DNA from: Dehalococcoidia bacterium | GTDB lineage: Bacteria > Chloroflexota > Dehalococcoidia > UBA2979 | NCBI GenBank assembly: GCA_022451865.1 | Contig: JAKUNM010000001.1 | Span: 4,733 to 68,732, forward strand | Direction of reading: 5' to 3' | Length of the DNA: 64,000 bases | In this document: positions 1 through 9,961 of the stretch, piece after piece | Layout: each line of letters begins with the position of its first letter | Numbering within the stretch: position 1 is the stretch's first letter | Translations under genes and position numbers: made by a program | Notes under the pieces: model-generated | Databases searched by the model: none | What the model was told of the DNA's origin: nothing | What the model saw: the letters and a program-made list of their open reading frames with translations, nothing else

Positions 1-395
1 AGTTCTGCTGTGAATATTTTAGTAGTCGTCTTGCCCACATTGCCTGTGATTCCAATAACATTTAGATTCTTAAGTGATTTTCTCCAACAAGCTGCAATTT
101 TTTGTAATGCCTCAAGAGTGTTATTCACATAAAACAGCGTACCTGTTTCTGTTCCTTCAACATGTTTTTCTAATAGACACCCATTCGCACCTGCTGCAAT
201 AGCAGATGCTGCATGTAAATGTCCATCAGTAGTTGTGCCAGGAAGCGCTACAAAAAGATCTCCCGGCTTAACTGCACGTGAGTCGATCACAGCTCTATTG
301 AATGATCGTTTATCACCATGCTGTGCTTGAAGATCATCTCCCAAAGCTTGATGAATAAAATCAGAGTCTAATAGTGGTGGATTATTAATTTTCAT
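1..395 (-). CDS. murF: UDP-N-acetylmuramoyl-tripeptide--D-Ala-D-Ala ligase, 5' part (runs off the window; not in the ORF track)
   Basis: Manual translation from ATG at 395: MKINNPPLLDSDFIHQALGD...IDSRAVKPGDLFVALPG...DGH...VIGITGNVGKTTTK. These are MurF N-terminal and P-loop motifs; the gene lies directly after ftsI. Confidence 0.85.
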   Translation of the reverse strand, partial: MKINNPPLLDSDFIHQALGDDLQAQHGDKRSFNRAVIDSRAVKPGDLFVALPGTTTDGHLHAASAIAAGANGCLLEKHVEGTETGTLFYVNNTLEALQKIAACWRKSLKNLNVIGITGNVGKTTTKIFTAE

Positions 396-2127
396 TAGTT
401 GCTACCAAATCATAGGAAGAGGGAATTTGTTTGTAAGTCATGATTTCTTTTGCAACTTTTGCAAATACAGGAGCTGCAACTTGACCGCCTAAACGAAGAT
501 CTCCTTCAGGAGTATCGATTTTTACCAAAATTGATACTATTGGCAGTTCATATGGTACAAAACCTGCAAAAGAAGCGATGGTCGTATTAAAATCATAACC
601 TGAATCTGAAGAGACAATTGTTGTTCCGGTTTTACCTGCTACAGTGTGTTCCTTTAATCTTGCGCCATGATAAGTTGTCCCGTGTACTACATCACGCATC
701 AGTCGGCCCATTGTTTCTGCAGTTTTTTCCTTAATGACTTGTCTTACTAAAACTGGTTGATATTCGCGAATTTCATTTTCCGTAATAATTTTTGAAACTA
801 TGTAAGGGCGCATTAATTTTCCACCGTTGGCAAAAGAGTTAACGGCCGTTAAAACTTGAAGCGGTGTTGCAGATAGTCCTTGGCCATATGAATTTGCTGC
901 CAAATCGACGCTGTACCAATCTTTTTCAGAGGGTGTTCGCATTAATCCCGATGCTTCACCGCTTAAGCCTAAATGCGTAATGTGCCCTAACCCAAAATTC
1001 TTGAAATAAGAATAAAAAGAATCTTTTCCTATTTCTGTAGCTAACCATACAGCTCCAGTATTTAAGGATTTTTGTAAATACTCACGGACTGTAACTTTCC
1101 CGTGTGATTTGAAATCCCAATTTCGTATAATTGTGCCATCAACGTTTACAGATCCTGTATCTTCATAAGTTGTATTGATATCGACTAAATTAAGATCTAT
1201 AGCCGTAGCTGTAGTTAATGTTTTTAACACCGATCCTGGTTCGTACAAATCAGTAATTGTTCGATTTTTAATATATTTGGGTGAGAGATTTTTGTCTTTT
1301 GGATCATTGATTTCACTCACGTGAGCTGAGGTCATCGCCAAAATAGCACCTGTCTTAGGATCCATGATAAGTATGGATCCTCCAGAAGCTTTATAGCGTT
1401 CTAGTGCTATTTTTAATTCTCTTTCAGCAATTGATTGTATAAATCGATCGATTGTTAGTTGTATTTCACTTCCTGAGACAGGATTAATAGCTAATGAAGG
1501 AGATGTAAAAGCTATTGGACGTCCAAGTGCATCATTCTCAAATGTTAGTAATCCAGGCTGCCCACGTAATATATGATCAAAATCTGACTCAACCCCCCAT
1601 AATCCGTGTTTATCAGTTCCTATCTCACCAATAATTTGCTTACCTAGAATACCTTCAGGATATTGTCGAACTGTTGAAGGTATCAATCGAACCCCCCATA
1701 AATTTTGATCAATGATGGACAGTCCAGTTTTATAATCTAAGTCACGGTAGATTAGATAGTCTCCAAATGTTGATATCGTTCCATTTCGGTATACTTCAGC
1801 ATGATCTAATTCGAGCAAAGTGGCAATGACAGAAGCTGATTCATTTGCTTTTACTCTCTCTGACCATTGATACCTATCTATATAGACATCCCATGTATCT
1901 TTTGAGATGGCTAAAGGATATCCGGTTGCATCAGTTATAAGACCTCTCGGTGCATTGACCGTACTACTGGTGAAACGGTTATTAAAAGCTTCATTCAAGT
2001 ATCTCTCATTTTCTAAAATTTGTAATTGGTATAACCTTCCAATAATCATCAGTAAACCAGCAATTACTAGTATTGCTACTATCCAGTGTCGCCAACTTAA
2101 GTGTCTTATCTGTTGCTCTTCCATCAT
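385..2127 (-). CDS. ftsI: Class B penicillin-binding protein (FtsI/PBP2-type transpeptidase)
   Basis: N-terminal TM helix, RG-I-D dimerisation motif, SxxK (SVLK), SxN (SLN) and KTG motifs; dcw context. Confidence 0.9.
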   Translation of the reverse strand: MMEEQQIRHLSWRHWIVAILVIAGLLMIIGRLYQLQILENERYLNEAFNNRFTSSTVNAPRGLITDATGYPLAISKDTWDVYIDRYQWSERVKANESASVIATLLELDHAEVYRNGTISTFGDYLIYRDLDYKTGLSIIDQNLWGVRLIPSTVRQYPEGILGKQIIGEIGTDKHGLWGVESDFDHILRGQPGLLTFENDALGRPIAFTSPSLAINPVSGSEIQLTIDRFIQSIAERELKIALERYKASGGSILIMDPKTGAILAMTSAHVSEINDPKDKNLSPKYIKNRTITDLYEPGSVLKTLTTATAIDLNLVDINTTYEDTGSVNVDGTIIRNWDFKSHGKVTVREYLQKSLNTGAVWLATEIGKDSFYSYFKNFGLGHITHLGLSGEASGLMRTPSEKDWYSVDLAANSYGQGLSATPLQVLTAVNSFANGGKLMRPYIVSKIITENEIREYQPVLVRQVIKEKTAETMGRLMRDVVHGTTYHGARLKEHTVAGKTGTTIVSSDSGYDFNTTIASFAGFVPYELPIVSILVKIDTPEGDLRLGGQVAAPVFAKVAKEIMTYKQIPSSYDLVATNEN

Positions 2128-2645
2128 TATTTACTTTCTTGATTGTTTGAAAAGAACTTGAATATGAAATCTAATAATGATTCCCACCATTTTTTTTCTG
2201 ATAATGGATTATCATTTGATCCACTTGTGAATCTCAACGGGATTTGAATAGGTGCTGCTTGCCTTTGATCAATAGATATATGCATAGTTCTTTCTGCAGG
2301 AACCATTCCTAGACGTGTAGTTGCCTGTTGATGGATCTCGCGAAGTTTTACATTACTAGCTATGGATGCTTCGAGTATGCGTATATTTGCTTCAAGTGTA
2401 TTTCGTTCTTTGATCAGTTGGTTAACTGCTAAACCATTTTGCACTAGTTGATTAGTTTGTAAAACTTGGGTGATGCCAATTAAAGGCAACGCAAATAATA
2501 GTGTTGTTACAAAAATCCTTTTCATCAAAAGAGAAATACTTGCTGATTCTTTTGCAAAATACGTTTTTTCATTTTCCTGAAGATTTCCCCATGAAGTTGA
2601 TTTTCTTGCAGCAGCAGAATTTTTCTGGTCAATTCTTATCATCAA
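2127..2645 (-). CDS. FtsL-like cell division protein
   Basis: One TM helix, a coiled coil and an A..RLGM motif; sits between rsmH and ftsI. Confidence 0.65.
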   Translation of the reverse strand: MMIRIDQKNSAAARKSTSWGNLQENEKTYFAKESASISLLMKRIFVTTLLFALPLIGITQVLQTNQLVQNGLAVNQLIKERNTLEANIRILEASIASNVKLREIHQQATTRLGMVPAERTMHISIDQRQAAPIQIPLRFTSGSNDNPLSEKKWWESLLDFIFKFFSNNQESK

Positions 2646-3609
2646 TATTCTCCATAATTGAAAGTGCTTCTGCGACTCTGAGACGTGCAGATCTAGATCG
2701 AGGATTGATATTGATTTCTTTTTCTGATGGTTTAATTACCTTTTTGCTAATTTGCAACCAAAGTGGAGGAGTAGTGTGTTCGAGTTCCCAGCGATTCCTA
2801 GGTTTCTGTGAACTATTGTTTCTTATGTAATTTTTAACAATCCTATCTTCTAATGAATGAAAAGAAATAATAGCTAGTCTGCCCGATTTTGTTTCGAGTA
2901 AGTTATGTACTACTTGGAGTACTTTTTTAAGTTGTTCTAATTCGTTATTTACTGCGATCCTTATTGCTTGGAAAGTTAATGTTGCCGGGTGTATTTTTTG
3001 CCTTGAAGTCTTTTTACGGTATTTTACCTTTTCAACAAGTGCAGCTAATTCTCCAGTGGTACTGATTGGGCGATGATTTATAATTGCTTTCGCAATTTTT
3101 CTACTTTGACGTTCTTCTCCATATTCCCAAATGATATTCGCTAATTCTTTTTCAGTAGTTTGGTTTATAATTTCATACGCCGAAATTGAATCTGACTGAT
3201 TCATTCGCATGTCGAGATGTTCATCTCGTAAAAATGAAAATCCTCTGTCATTTTGTTCCAGTTGGAAAGATGAGATACCAAGATCGAGCAATAGACCATC
3301 TGGTTGAATAAAATTATATTTGTTACAAATATCCTCTAAGTCTGCATAATTTCCTTGTGCAAGTATTACAGAATTACCAAATTCACTCAGTCTTTTTTTT
3401 GCGATTTTAAGTACTTGTGGATCTTTATCGATACCAAGAACTGTACATTTATTATCAGTTGCTTCTAATATTGCTCGCGTGTGTCCCCCGAGGCCAACAG
3501 TGCCATCAATATAATTACCATGCGGTTTAACATTTAATGCTTCTACCACCTGATTTGACATTACTGGGATATGGTTTGGCTGCCAATCTGATTGGTTAAT
3601 GGCGAGCAT
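2629..3609 (-). CDS. rsmH: 16S rRNA m4C1402 methyltransferase
   Basis: HIPVM, DGTVGLGGH, DLGISSFQL, FQAIRIAVNNEL, ISFHSLEDR and NPRSRSARLR motifs. Confidence 0.97.
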   Translation of the reverse strand: MLAINQSDWQPNHIPVMSNQVVEALNVKPHGNYIDGTVGLGGHTRAILEATDNKCTVLGIDKDPQVLKIAKKRLSEFGNSVILAQGNYADLEDICNKYNFIQPDGLLLDLGISSFQLEQNDRGFSFLRDEHLDMRMNQSDSISAYEIINQTTEKELANIIWEYGEERQSRKIAKAIINHRPISTTGELAALVEKVKYRKKTSRQKIHPATLTFQAIRIAVNNELEQLKKVLQVVHNLLETKSGRLAIISFHSLEDRIVKNYIRNNSSQKPRNRWELEHTTPPLWLQISKKVIKPSEKEININPRSRSARLRVAEALSIMENIDDKN

Positions 3610-3617
3610 TTATTCCT

Positions 3618-4022
3618 CTATTCGTCTTGTGGCATAGATGTCAGTTCGTTTTCCCAAAGATTGGGATCCCAGATTTCCACATAATCACCACAGCCTACTA
3701 ATGTGCATCGATTTTCAAGAGAGCCACTTTCACGAAGTATTTGAGGAATGAGTATCCGACCTTGCTTATCTAACTCAACTGAATAGGAATCATGTAAAAA
3801 ACTACGACGAGTTCTACGTGATGACCGTTCACGATTTCCATTTCCTGATTCAATTCGCCTCGTAGCTTCAGAATCAAAAGACTGATATGTGTATAACTCA
3901 AGAGCTCCGTCTGGACTTGGACGAAGAACTCCACCGTCGACGAACGCGCGACGATAGCGGGCGGGGATTGCTAATCGTCCGCGCTCATCGATGGAGTGTT
4001 CGAAGGTGCCGAAAAAGTACAC
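3618..4022 (-). CDS. mraZ: Division/cell wall cluster repressor MraZ
   Basis: Two DxxGR motifs (IDERGRLAIP, LDKQGRILIP) and VEIW; first gene of the dcw cluster. Confidence 0.95.
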   Translation of the reverse strand: MYFFGTFEHSIDERGRLAIPARYRRAFVDGGVLRPSPDGALELYTYQSFDSEATRRIESGNGNRERSSRRTRRSFLHDSYSVELDKQGRILIPQILRESGSLENRCTLVGCGDYVEIWDPNLWENELTSMPQDE

Positions 4023-4073
4023 ATCGGTGCCTTCACTGTGTTGGGAACTACAGGGGCGCGGGCAGGGTTGCTA

Positions 4074-4098
4074 CCCCATTTCTCCCCATAACACCCCA
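4074..4098 (-). promoter_or_regulatory. MraZ operator: three TGGGG direct repeats with a 10-bp period
   Basis: CCCCA on + at 4074-4078, 4084-4088 and 4094-4098; matches the known TGGGN/GTGG 10-bp periodic MraZ boxes. Confidence 0.8.
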
Positions 4099-4100
4099 AA

Positions 4101-4129
4101 ACATTACCATATTTGGGATAATCCTACAA
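4101..4129 (-). promoter_or_regulatory. Putative sigma70 promoter of the dcw operon
   Basis: Minus strand TTGTAG (4129-4124), 17-bp spacer, extended -10 TGg-TAATGT (4106-4101); lies immediately upstream of the MraZ boxes. Confidence 0.6.
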
Positions 4130-4216
4130 GAGTTTTTTTTAGGATAAGGCAAAAAAAATTAACTTAATCGTTATCAGGTCATATCGTGTGTATGATCACT
4201 GACATATGAGGTGTTT

Positions 4217-4950
4217 ATGCGGTTTGATATTGTTACTCTTTTTCCTGAAATAATTGGACCATCGTTGAATCAATCGATTCTAAAAAATGCACAATCCTCT
4301 GGGTTTATTAACGTTCTTGTGCATCAACTTAGAGATTGGGCTAAAGACAAGCATAAAACAGTTGATGATTATCCATTTGGTGGCGGCCCAGGTATGGTAA
4401 TGAAGCCCGAACCTATATTTGATGCTGTTGAAGACATTCAGAAATTGATCAAACTAAAGCACATGTAGTCTTGATGACTCCTCAGGGAGATAGATTAGAT
4501 AATACATTACTTACAAAACTTTTGAAATTTGAACGTTTGTTAATTATTTGTGGTCGTTATGAAGGCGTGGATGAACGTGTTAGAGAAATGATCGTTGATC
4601 AAGAGGTATGTGTGGGTGATGTTGTTGTATCAGGTGGAGAAATTCCAGCATTAATGCTTGTTGATGCATTGTCGAGGCATATTCCAGGAGTTCTCGGTGC
4701 TGAAGATGCTCTGGAAGAAGAATCATTTGAATCAGGACTTCTAGAATACCCTCAATACACTCGTCCTGCTGAATTTCAAGGTTATCTAGTTCCTGAAATC
4801 CTTCGATCTGGTCATCATGCTGAGATTGAAAGATGGAGAAGAGTTCAGCAAATTTATCGTACGCATCTGAGACGCCCAGATCTCTTAGATGATGCGCAAC
4901 TTTCTGAATCGGAGAGAGAGTGGCTCGAAAATCAGAAAGAAAATAGATAA
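4217..4950 (+). pseudogene. trmD: tRNA (guanine-N1)-methyltransferase TrmD, split by a 1-nt frameshift near 4442-4445 (possibly a sequence error)
   Basis: ORF 4211-4468 has VTLFPE and VDDYPFGGGPGMVMKPEP. ORF 4471-4950 has MTPQG, CGRYEGVDER, SGGE and LLEYPQYTRP. The second frame is open upstream (IDQTKAHVVLMTPQG). Confidence 0.9.
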
Positions 4951-5040
4951 TAAGCACAGTTTTAATTTAGAATAAAAGCTCGACGTAACGTAAAGTCGAA
5001 ACTAATATAGCTTGTTCGGTTATTTGTATTAGATGGTGAG

Positions 5041-5388
5041 ATGACAATGTCTGTGGACTTGCGTGAATTTGTTCAACAACCTAATCCTGACTTCCCTTCT
5101 TTTAGTGTAGGGGACAATGTCCGGGTGCAATTACGCGTTGTTGAAGGTAATCGTGAAAGATTACAGCCTTTCGAAGGAGTTGTAATTCGTATAAAAAATG
5201 GACCTGCAGGAAACTTTACTATTAGGCGATTGTCTTCTGGTATAGGTGTCGAACGTACGATTCCCTTTAATAGCCCGCGCTTAGAAGTTATTGAAGTTAC
5301 TCGAAAAGGACGTGTACGTCGTTCACGACTGTATTATTTACGTGGTAGAACTGGTCGTGCTGCACGAATTAAGGAAGCGCGACGTTAA
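5041..5388 (+). CDS. rplS: 50S ribosomal protein L19
   Basis: [26 protein letters not shown] and RRSRLYYLR motifs; follows trmD. Confidence 0.97.
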   Translation: MTMSVDLREFVQQPNPDFPSFSVGDNVRVQLRVVEGNRERLQPFEGVVIRIKNGPAGNFTIRRLSSGIGVERTIPFNSPRLEVIEVTRKGRVRRSRLYYLRGRTGRAARIKEARR

Positions 5389-5432
5389 TCTACTAATATC
5401 TTAATACTTTCTCGTATTTTTTCTCTTATGAT

Positions 5433-8186
5433 GTGAAGAAGATGTCATTGACAGAGAATTCTTTAGAAAAACAACCCCGAATTATTCGGACAAAATATAT
5501 TCGTGTAGCAGTGAATACTACACATCCTACATTTATGTCTTTTGTTTATGCTGTTCCCTATGATCAAAAAATTGTTATTGGTGATCTGGTGCATGTACCT
5601 TTTGGTCGCTTAGTGTTACAAGGCATTGTCACAGATGGACCCTTTGATACTCCAGGATATAATCCTTCGGAAGTACGATTTATAGAAGCAACAGTTTCAA
5701 GTATACCTAGAGTTTCTAGGCTTAGAATGTATCTTGCCGATTGGTTACAAAAAACCTATATAACTCCATTGTGGAATGCGTATAGTGTATTTCTTCCTCC
5801 CGGATCTAATGAGAAGTCAATTGCATTTCTAAAAAGTAATAAAAATATAGATCAACACGATCTAGAAAAACTTAACGGATCACAGAAGAAGCTTTTTAAC
5901 TTAATAGATACTGCAGTGCAAGAAAATAATGTGTTGAAAAGAAAAGTAAGTAAGACTATTTCTACCAGTCAATTTAATTCAGACATACGTATTCTTTTGC
6001 GTAAGAAATTAATTGAACGTAGTTATAAATTGCTGGAACCCCGTGGGAAGCCAAGAAGTATAGAAGTTGTTCATCTATTAATTGACTCGAGTGAAGCCAT
6101 AACAAGAGCAAAATCGATTGAAGGTAGTCGACATACTCGAAGTGGTAGGTTGATTTTAAAGCTCGTTGAATCTAGTGGTCGACTAAGTTTAGGAGAATTA
6201 ATCAAATACAAGAGTGATATTCCTATTGTCGAAAATTTGATCGCTGAGAAAATTATCGAAGAAGAACAAGATATAATACACATAGCAAAAACGCCTGATG
6301 AAATCTCTGCAATATTGCGTAAATTATCTCGTGGAAAATTCGAAAGGATTTATTCTGAACTTTTGGAATTTCTTGCTATTAACATTACCTCATCCCATCG
6401 AAATTTCGAACTAAGTTTTTTAATCGAGAAATTTGGTAAAGAAACACGGAAAGTTGTTAAGAGGTTCGCTGAGGAAAATTTGATTGAAATCAGAGAAGTG
6501 TACAGTAGACGAGATCCACTACATGCGTTGGAAGTTATGAAACGTGCTCCAGTAAAACTTTTAGGACTACAACTTGATGCAGCAAATTTAATTCGTAAAG
6601 CGGTAGATGAAGATCGCAATGAGAACTTTCTCTTACATGGAGTTACTGGCAGTGGAAAAACTGAAGTCTATTTAGATGTATTGCAGCATATAATTAATAT
6701 CGGTAAACGTGCTATTGTATTAGTTCCTGAAATTGCTCTTACCACTCAGACTATACGGCGTTTTTCAGAACGTTTTCCTGGACGTGTTGGTGTAATGCAT
6801 TCTGGATTAAGTATGGGAGAAGCTTTTGACGAATGGAATTCAATTGCTGAAGGTTCATATGATGTCGTAATAGGATCACGATCAGCAATTTTCTCTCCAC
6901 AACCTGATCTTGGTTTGATAATTATTGATGAATCTCATGAATGGACATATAAACAATCAGAACCACAACCACGGTATGATGCTCGAAGATTTGCTGTTGA
7001 ATTGGGAAAAAAAACTAATGCGATCGTAGTTTTTGGTACAGCAACTCCTGATGCTGAAAATTGGTTAGCGGCTGAACAAGGGATGTTTACTAGGATTGAT
7101 TTACCTAATCGGATACGTCCTATTTCACAATTAGATGGTAGTTCTCAACTATGGCCAGTTGATAATTTACCGCAGATAGAATTAATTGATATGCGAGGTG
7201 AGAATCGCATTTTTTCCGATCGTTTTGTTGAGGTACTTGGTGAAACATTAGATCACGAAGAGCAGGCAATTCTTTTTCTTAATAGAAGGGGATTGAGTCC
7301 TTTTATGCTTTGTTCACGAGGCCATACTCCTAAATGTTCATCATGTGACATAGCTTTATCCGTGCATCAAACATTTTCAAAAGATAAAAAATTATTATGC
7401 CATGTTTGTGGACGTGAGAAACGAGTCCCAAAATATTGTGTCGAATCTGGCTGTGGGAGAATGTTAAAGTCTATAAGTGCAGGTACTCAGCAAGTTGTAA
7501 AAGAAGTACATCATTTTTTCCCAAATAGTCGTGTTGTGAGATGGGATAGAGATAGTATTCGTTCAATGGAAGATCATAGACTTACTTTACAAAAATTACT
7601 TAATCGTGAGGCAGACGTTTTAGTTGGAACTCAAATGATAGCGAAGGGTTTCGATTTGCCAGGAGTTACTTTTGTTGGTGTCGTACTGGCAGATTATTCT
7701 CTTCGTGAAGGTGATTTTCGATCAGCTGAAAAAACATTCCAATTATTAGTCCAAGTTGCAGGACGTGCAGGAAGATCTGAACAAGATGGACGAGTTATCG
7801 TCCAAACTTTACAGCCTGAGGATCCAGCAATTACAGCAGCCATATCGCAAGATACTGATCGGTTTTATGAATCGGATTTTCGTTGGCGTGCTATCCATGG
7901 TTATCCTCCATATAGTCGGATGATAAAGTTACTATTCAGTCATAGCAATTTGCCATTTGTTGCATCTGAGGCAAGAAGAATAGTTGAGGAAATAAAATTA
8001 CGTGCTCCAATGTTTAAGAATATTTCTGTTATCGGACCAAGTTTTCCTGCAGTATCACGTATTAGAGGGAAATATCGTCAACAAATACTTATATTAGGCG
8101 ATGATCCTTCGTCGTTAGTAAAACAAATGCATGATGAATTGCCTAAAGGTTGGATAGTTGATGTTGATCCTTTATCAGTAAACTAA
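5433..8186 (+). CDS. priA: Primosomal protein N' (replication restart helicase)
   Basis: VPFG, GVTGSGKTEVY, LVPEIALT, DESH, LNRRG, Cys-rich region, GTQMIAKG and QVAGRAGR motifs. Confidence 0.95.
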   Translation: MKKMSLTENSLEKQPRIIRTKYIRVAVNTTHPTFMSFVYAVPYDQKIVIGDLVHVPFGRLVLQGIVTDGPFDTPGYNPSEVRFIEATVSSIPRVSRLRMYLADWLQKTYITPLWNAYSVFLPPGSNEKSIAFLKSNKNIDQHDLEKLNGSQKKLFNLIDTAVQENNVLKRKVSKTISTSQFNSDIRILLRKKLIERSYKLLEPRGKPRSIEVVHLLIDSSEAITRAKSIEGSRHTRSGRLILKLVESSGRLSLGELIKYKSDIPIVENLIAEKIIEEEQDIIHIAKTPDEISAILRKLSRGKFERIYSELLEFLAINITSSHRNFELSFLIEKFGKETRKVVKRFAEENLIEIREVYSRRDPLHALEVMKRAPVKLLGLQLDAANLIRKAVDEDRNENFLLHGVTGSGKTEVYLDVLQHIINIGKRAIVLVPEIALTTQTIRRFSERFPGRVGVMHSGLSMGEAFDEWNSIAEGSYDVVIGSRSAIFSPQPDLGLIIIDESHEWTYKQSEPQPRYDARRFAVELGKKTNAIVVFGTATPDAENWLAAEQGMFTRIDLPNRIRPISQLDGSSQLWPVDNLPQIELIDMRGENRIFSDRFVEVLGETLDHEEQAILFLNRRGLSPFMLCSRGHTPKCSSCDIALSVHQTFSKDKKLLCHVCGREKRVPKYCVESGCGRMLKSISAGTQQVVKEVHHFFPNSRVVRWDRDSIRSMEDHRLTLQKLLNREADVLVGTQMIAKGFDLPGVTFVGVVLADYSLREGDFRSAEKTFQLLVQVAGRAGRSEQDGRVIVQTLQPEDPAITAAISQDTDRFYESDFRWRAIHGYPPYSRMIKLLFSHSNLPFVASEARRIVEEIKLRAPMFKNISVIGPSFPAVSRIRGKYRQQILILGDDPSSLVKQMHDELPKGWIVDVDPLSVN

Positions 8187-8281
8187 GCTAAGATCACGTA
8201 TTGGATAAAGTTTGATATAAAAATACAATAGATTTTGAATAATTTTCATATGCTTGGTTATGAGTAAGGATGGATAGATAC

Positions 8282-9094
8282 ATGTCATTAGAAGGTAAAG
8301 TTGCTCTTGTTGCTGGTGCAAGTAGAGGTATTGGAGCTGACATTTCCAGATATCTTGCTGCAGCGGGTGCAAAAGTTGCCGTTGCTGCAAGAAGTGTAGA
8401 ACAAAAAGATCCTCGCTTACCCGGTACGATTCACTCTGTTGTTTCAGAGATTGAGAGTGCAGGTGGAGAAGCCTTTCCGGTTGTAATTAATATGAGGGAT
8501 TCAACTAGTATTAGCGAATGTGTTAATACTGTCATTGAAAAATATGGGCAAATTGACATATTGGTCAATAATGCTGCTATTTTTGTTCCTGGAAATATTG
8601 AAACGGTACAAGAACGACATCTTGAACTTAGTATCGATATAAATTTCCGCTCTTATATACTTTCAATGCGTGAAGTAATTCCACATATGCGTGCATCAGG
8701 TGGGGGTCATATTATCAATATTTCTTCACGTGGAGCAATTCCATTAGGCCCAGGTCCTTATTCTGAAGATCAGCAAAGTCGTGCAGGAGATATTTTTTAC
8801 GGTGCAGAAAAAATTGGCTTAGAGCATTTTTCTCAACGTCAAGCAGCAATGTTGCAAAAAGACAATATTGCTGTGAATATTTTGTCTCCTGAAGGAAGAA
8901 TTAGCACTCCAGGTAATTTATATGCCGCAAATGACAGAGATAACCCTAACCTTGATTTTGAAACTGCAGATGATATGGGGCAATCCGCTGTGTGGATTTG
9001 TCAACAAATTCCTCAAGAATTCACAGGAAATGTGCTTTTTGATAAAGATTTACTAACTGAAAAAGGCATTAAATTATTAGGTCCTTTTCATTGA
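8282..9094 (+). CDS. Short-chain dehydrogenase/reductase
   Basis: GASRGIG, LVNNA and YxxxK (YGAEK); likely ATG at 8282. Confidence 0.9.
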   Translation: MSLEGKVALVAGASRGIGADISRYLAAAGAKVAVAARSVEQKDPRLPGTIHSVVSEIESAGGEAFPVVINMRDSTSISECVNTVIEKYGQIDILVNNAAIFVPGNIETVQERHLELSIDINFRSYILSMREVIPHMRASGGGHIINISSRGAIPLGPGPYSEDQQSRAGDIFYGAEKIGLEHFSQRQAAMLQKDNIAVNILSPEGRISTPGNLYAANDRDNPNLDFETADDMGQSAVWICQQIPQEFTGNVLFDKDLLTEKGIKLLGPFH

Positions 9095-9121
9095 TCTAAA
9101 CTGAGGAATAGAGAGCAGAAA

Positions 9122-9640
9122 ATGACTATACGTCCCATTCGATATTTGGGTGATCCTGTATTGCGCCAGCCTGCAAAAAAAGTTAAGCGAGTTGATGATT
9201 ATATAAGACGATTAATTTTTGATATGACTGAATCCATGATTGATGCTCAAGGGGTTGGAATTGCTGCTCCTCAAATAGGTGTTAACTTACGTGTGGTAAT
9301 TATAGGTATGCCAGATGAACATCCTTTTCCCATAGTTAATCCTGAAATCGTTAAGCGAAGTGGGTCTCGCGAATTGGATGAGGGATGTTTATCTGTACCG
9401 GGATATCATGGACTCATAGTTAGATCCAAAAAAGTTGTAGTTAAAGGTCTAGATGAAAAAGGGCATCAAATTCGTATTGCTGCTGAAGACAACCTTCTTG
9501 CTCAAGCTTTAGAACATGAAGTTGATCATGTGAATGGAACACTTTATGTCGATCATTTGAACTCTAGAGAGGATTTAATCAAAATTGACACAAGTCCACA
9601 TACGTTGAGCGTGGAGAATAATTCTGAGAATACAGATTAG
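9122..9640 (+). CDS. def: Peptide deformylase
   Basis: GVGIAAPQIG, EGCLS and HEVDH motifs. Confidence 0.97.
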   Translation: MTIRPIRYLGDPVLRQPAKKVKRVDDYIRRLIFDMTESMIDAQGVGIAAPQIGVNLRVVIIGMPDEHPFPIVNPEIVKRSGSRELDEGCLSVPGYHGLIVRSKKVVVKGLDEKGHQIRIAAEDNLLAQALEHEVDHVNGTLYVDHLNSREDLIKIDTSPHTLSVENNSENTD

Positions 9641-9652
9641 AAAGCGATAGTA

Positions 9653-9961
9653 GTGGAATATTTTATCCCAATAGCAATTGTTGCTTTGTTTTATTTTATA
9701 TTACTTAGGCCTATTTTGCGTGCACAGAAAAAACATAAAGAAAATGTAGCAGAGTTAAAGGTGGGTGATGAAGTATTAACATCTGGTGGTTTTTATGCTG
9801 TAGTGAAAAGTATTCAAACTCAAGATACTGGGCCATCGTCAATAATTTTTGAACTTGCTAGTGGAATCGAAGTGGAAGGCACTGCAATTGCAATCGATAC
9901 CGTTAATCCAAGAGGATCTACATTACAACCTCTGAATAAAGTAGATGGACCAGAGGCTTAA
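9653..9961 (+). CDS. yajC: Preprotein translocase subunit YajC
   Basis: N-terminal TM, FYFILLRP and LKVGDEVLTSGG; upstream of secD. Confidence 0.9.
   Translation: MEYFIPIAIVALFYFILLRPILRAQKKHKENVAELKVGDEVLTSGGFYAVVKSIQTQDTGPSSIIFELASGIEVEGTAIAIDTVNPRGSTLQPLNKVDGPEA

Noticed and set aside
4430..4475. Autoregulatory frameshifting of trmD through m1G37 deficiency
   Set aside because: Loss of m1G37 promotes +1 shifts at CCN-type codons, but this break needs -1 and has no such codon or canonical slippery heptamer.
4978..5001. L19 leader RNA upstream of rplS (TCGAC...GTCGA)
   Set aside because: Only a 5-bp stem; not supportable without a covariance-model search.
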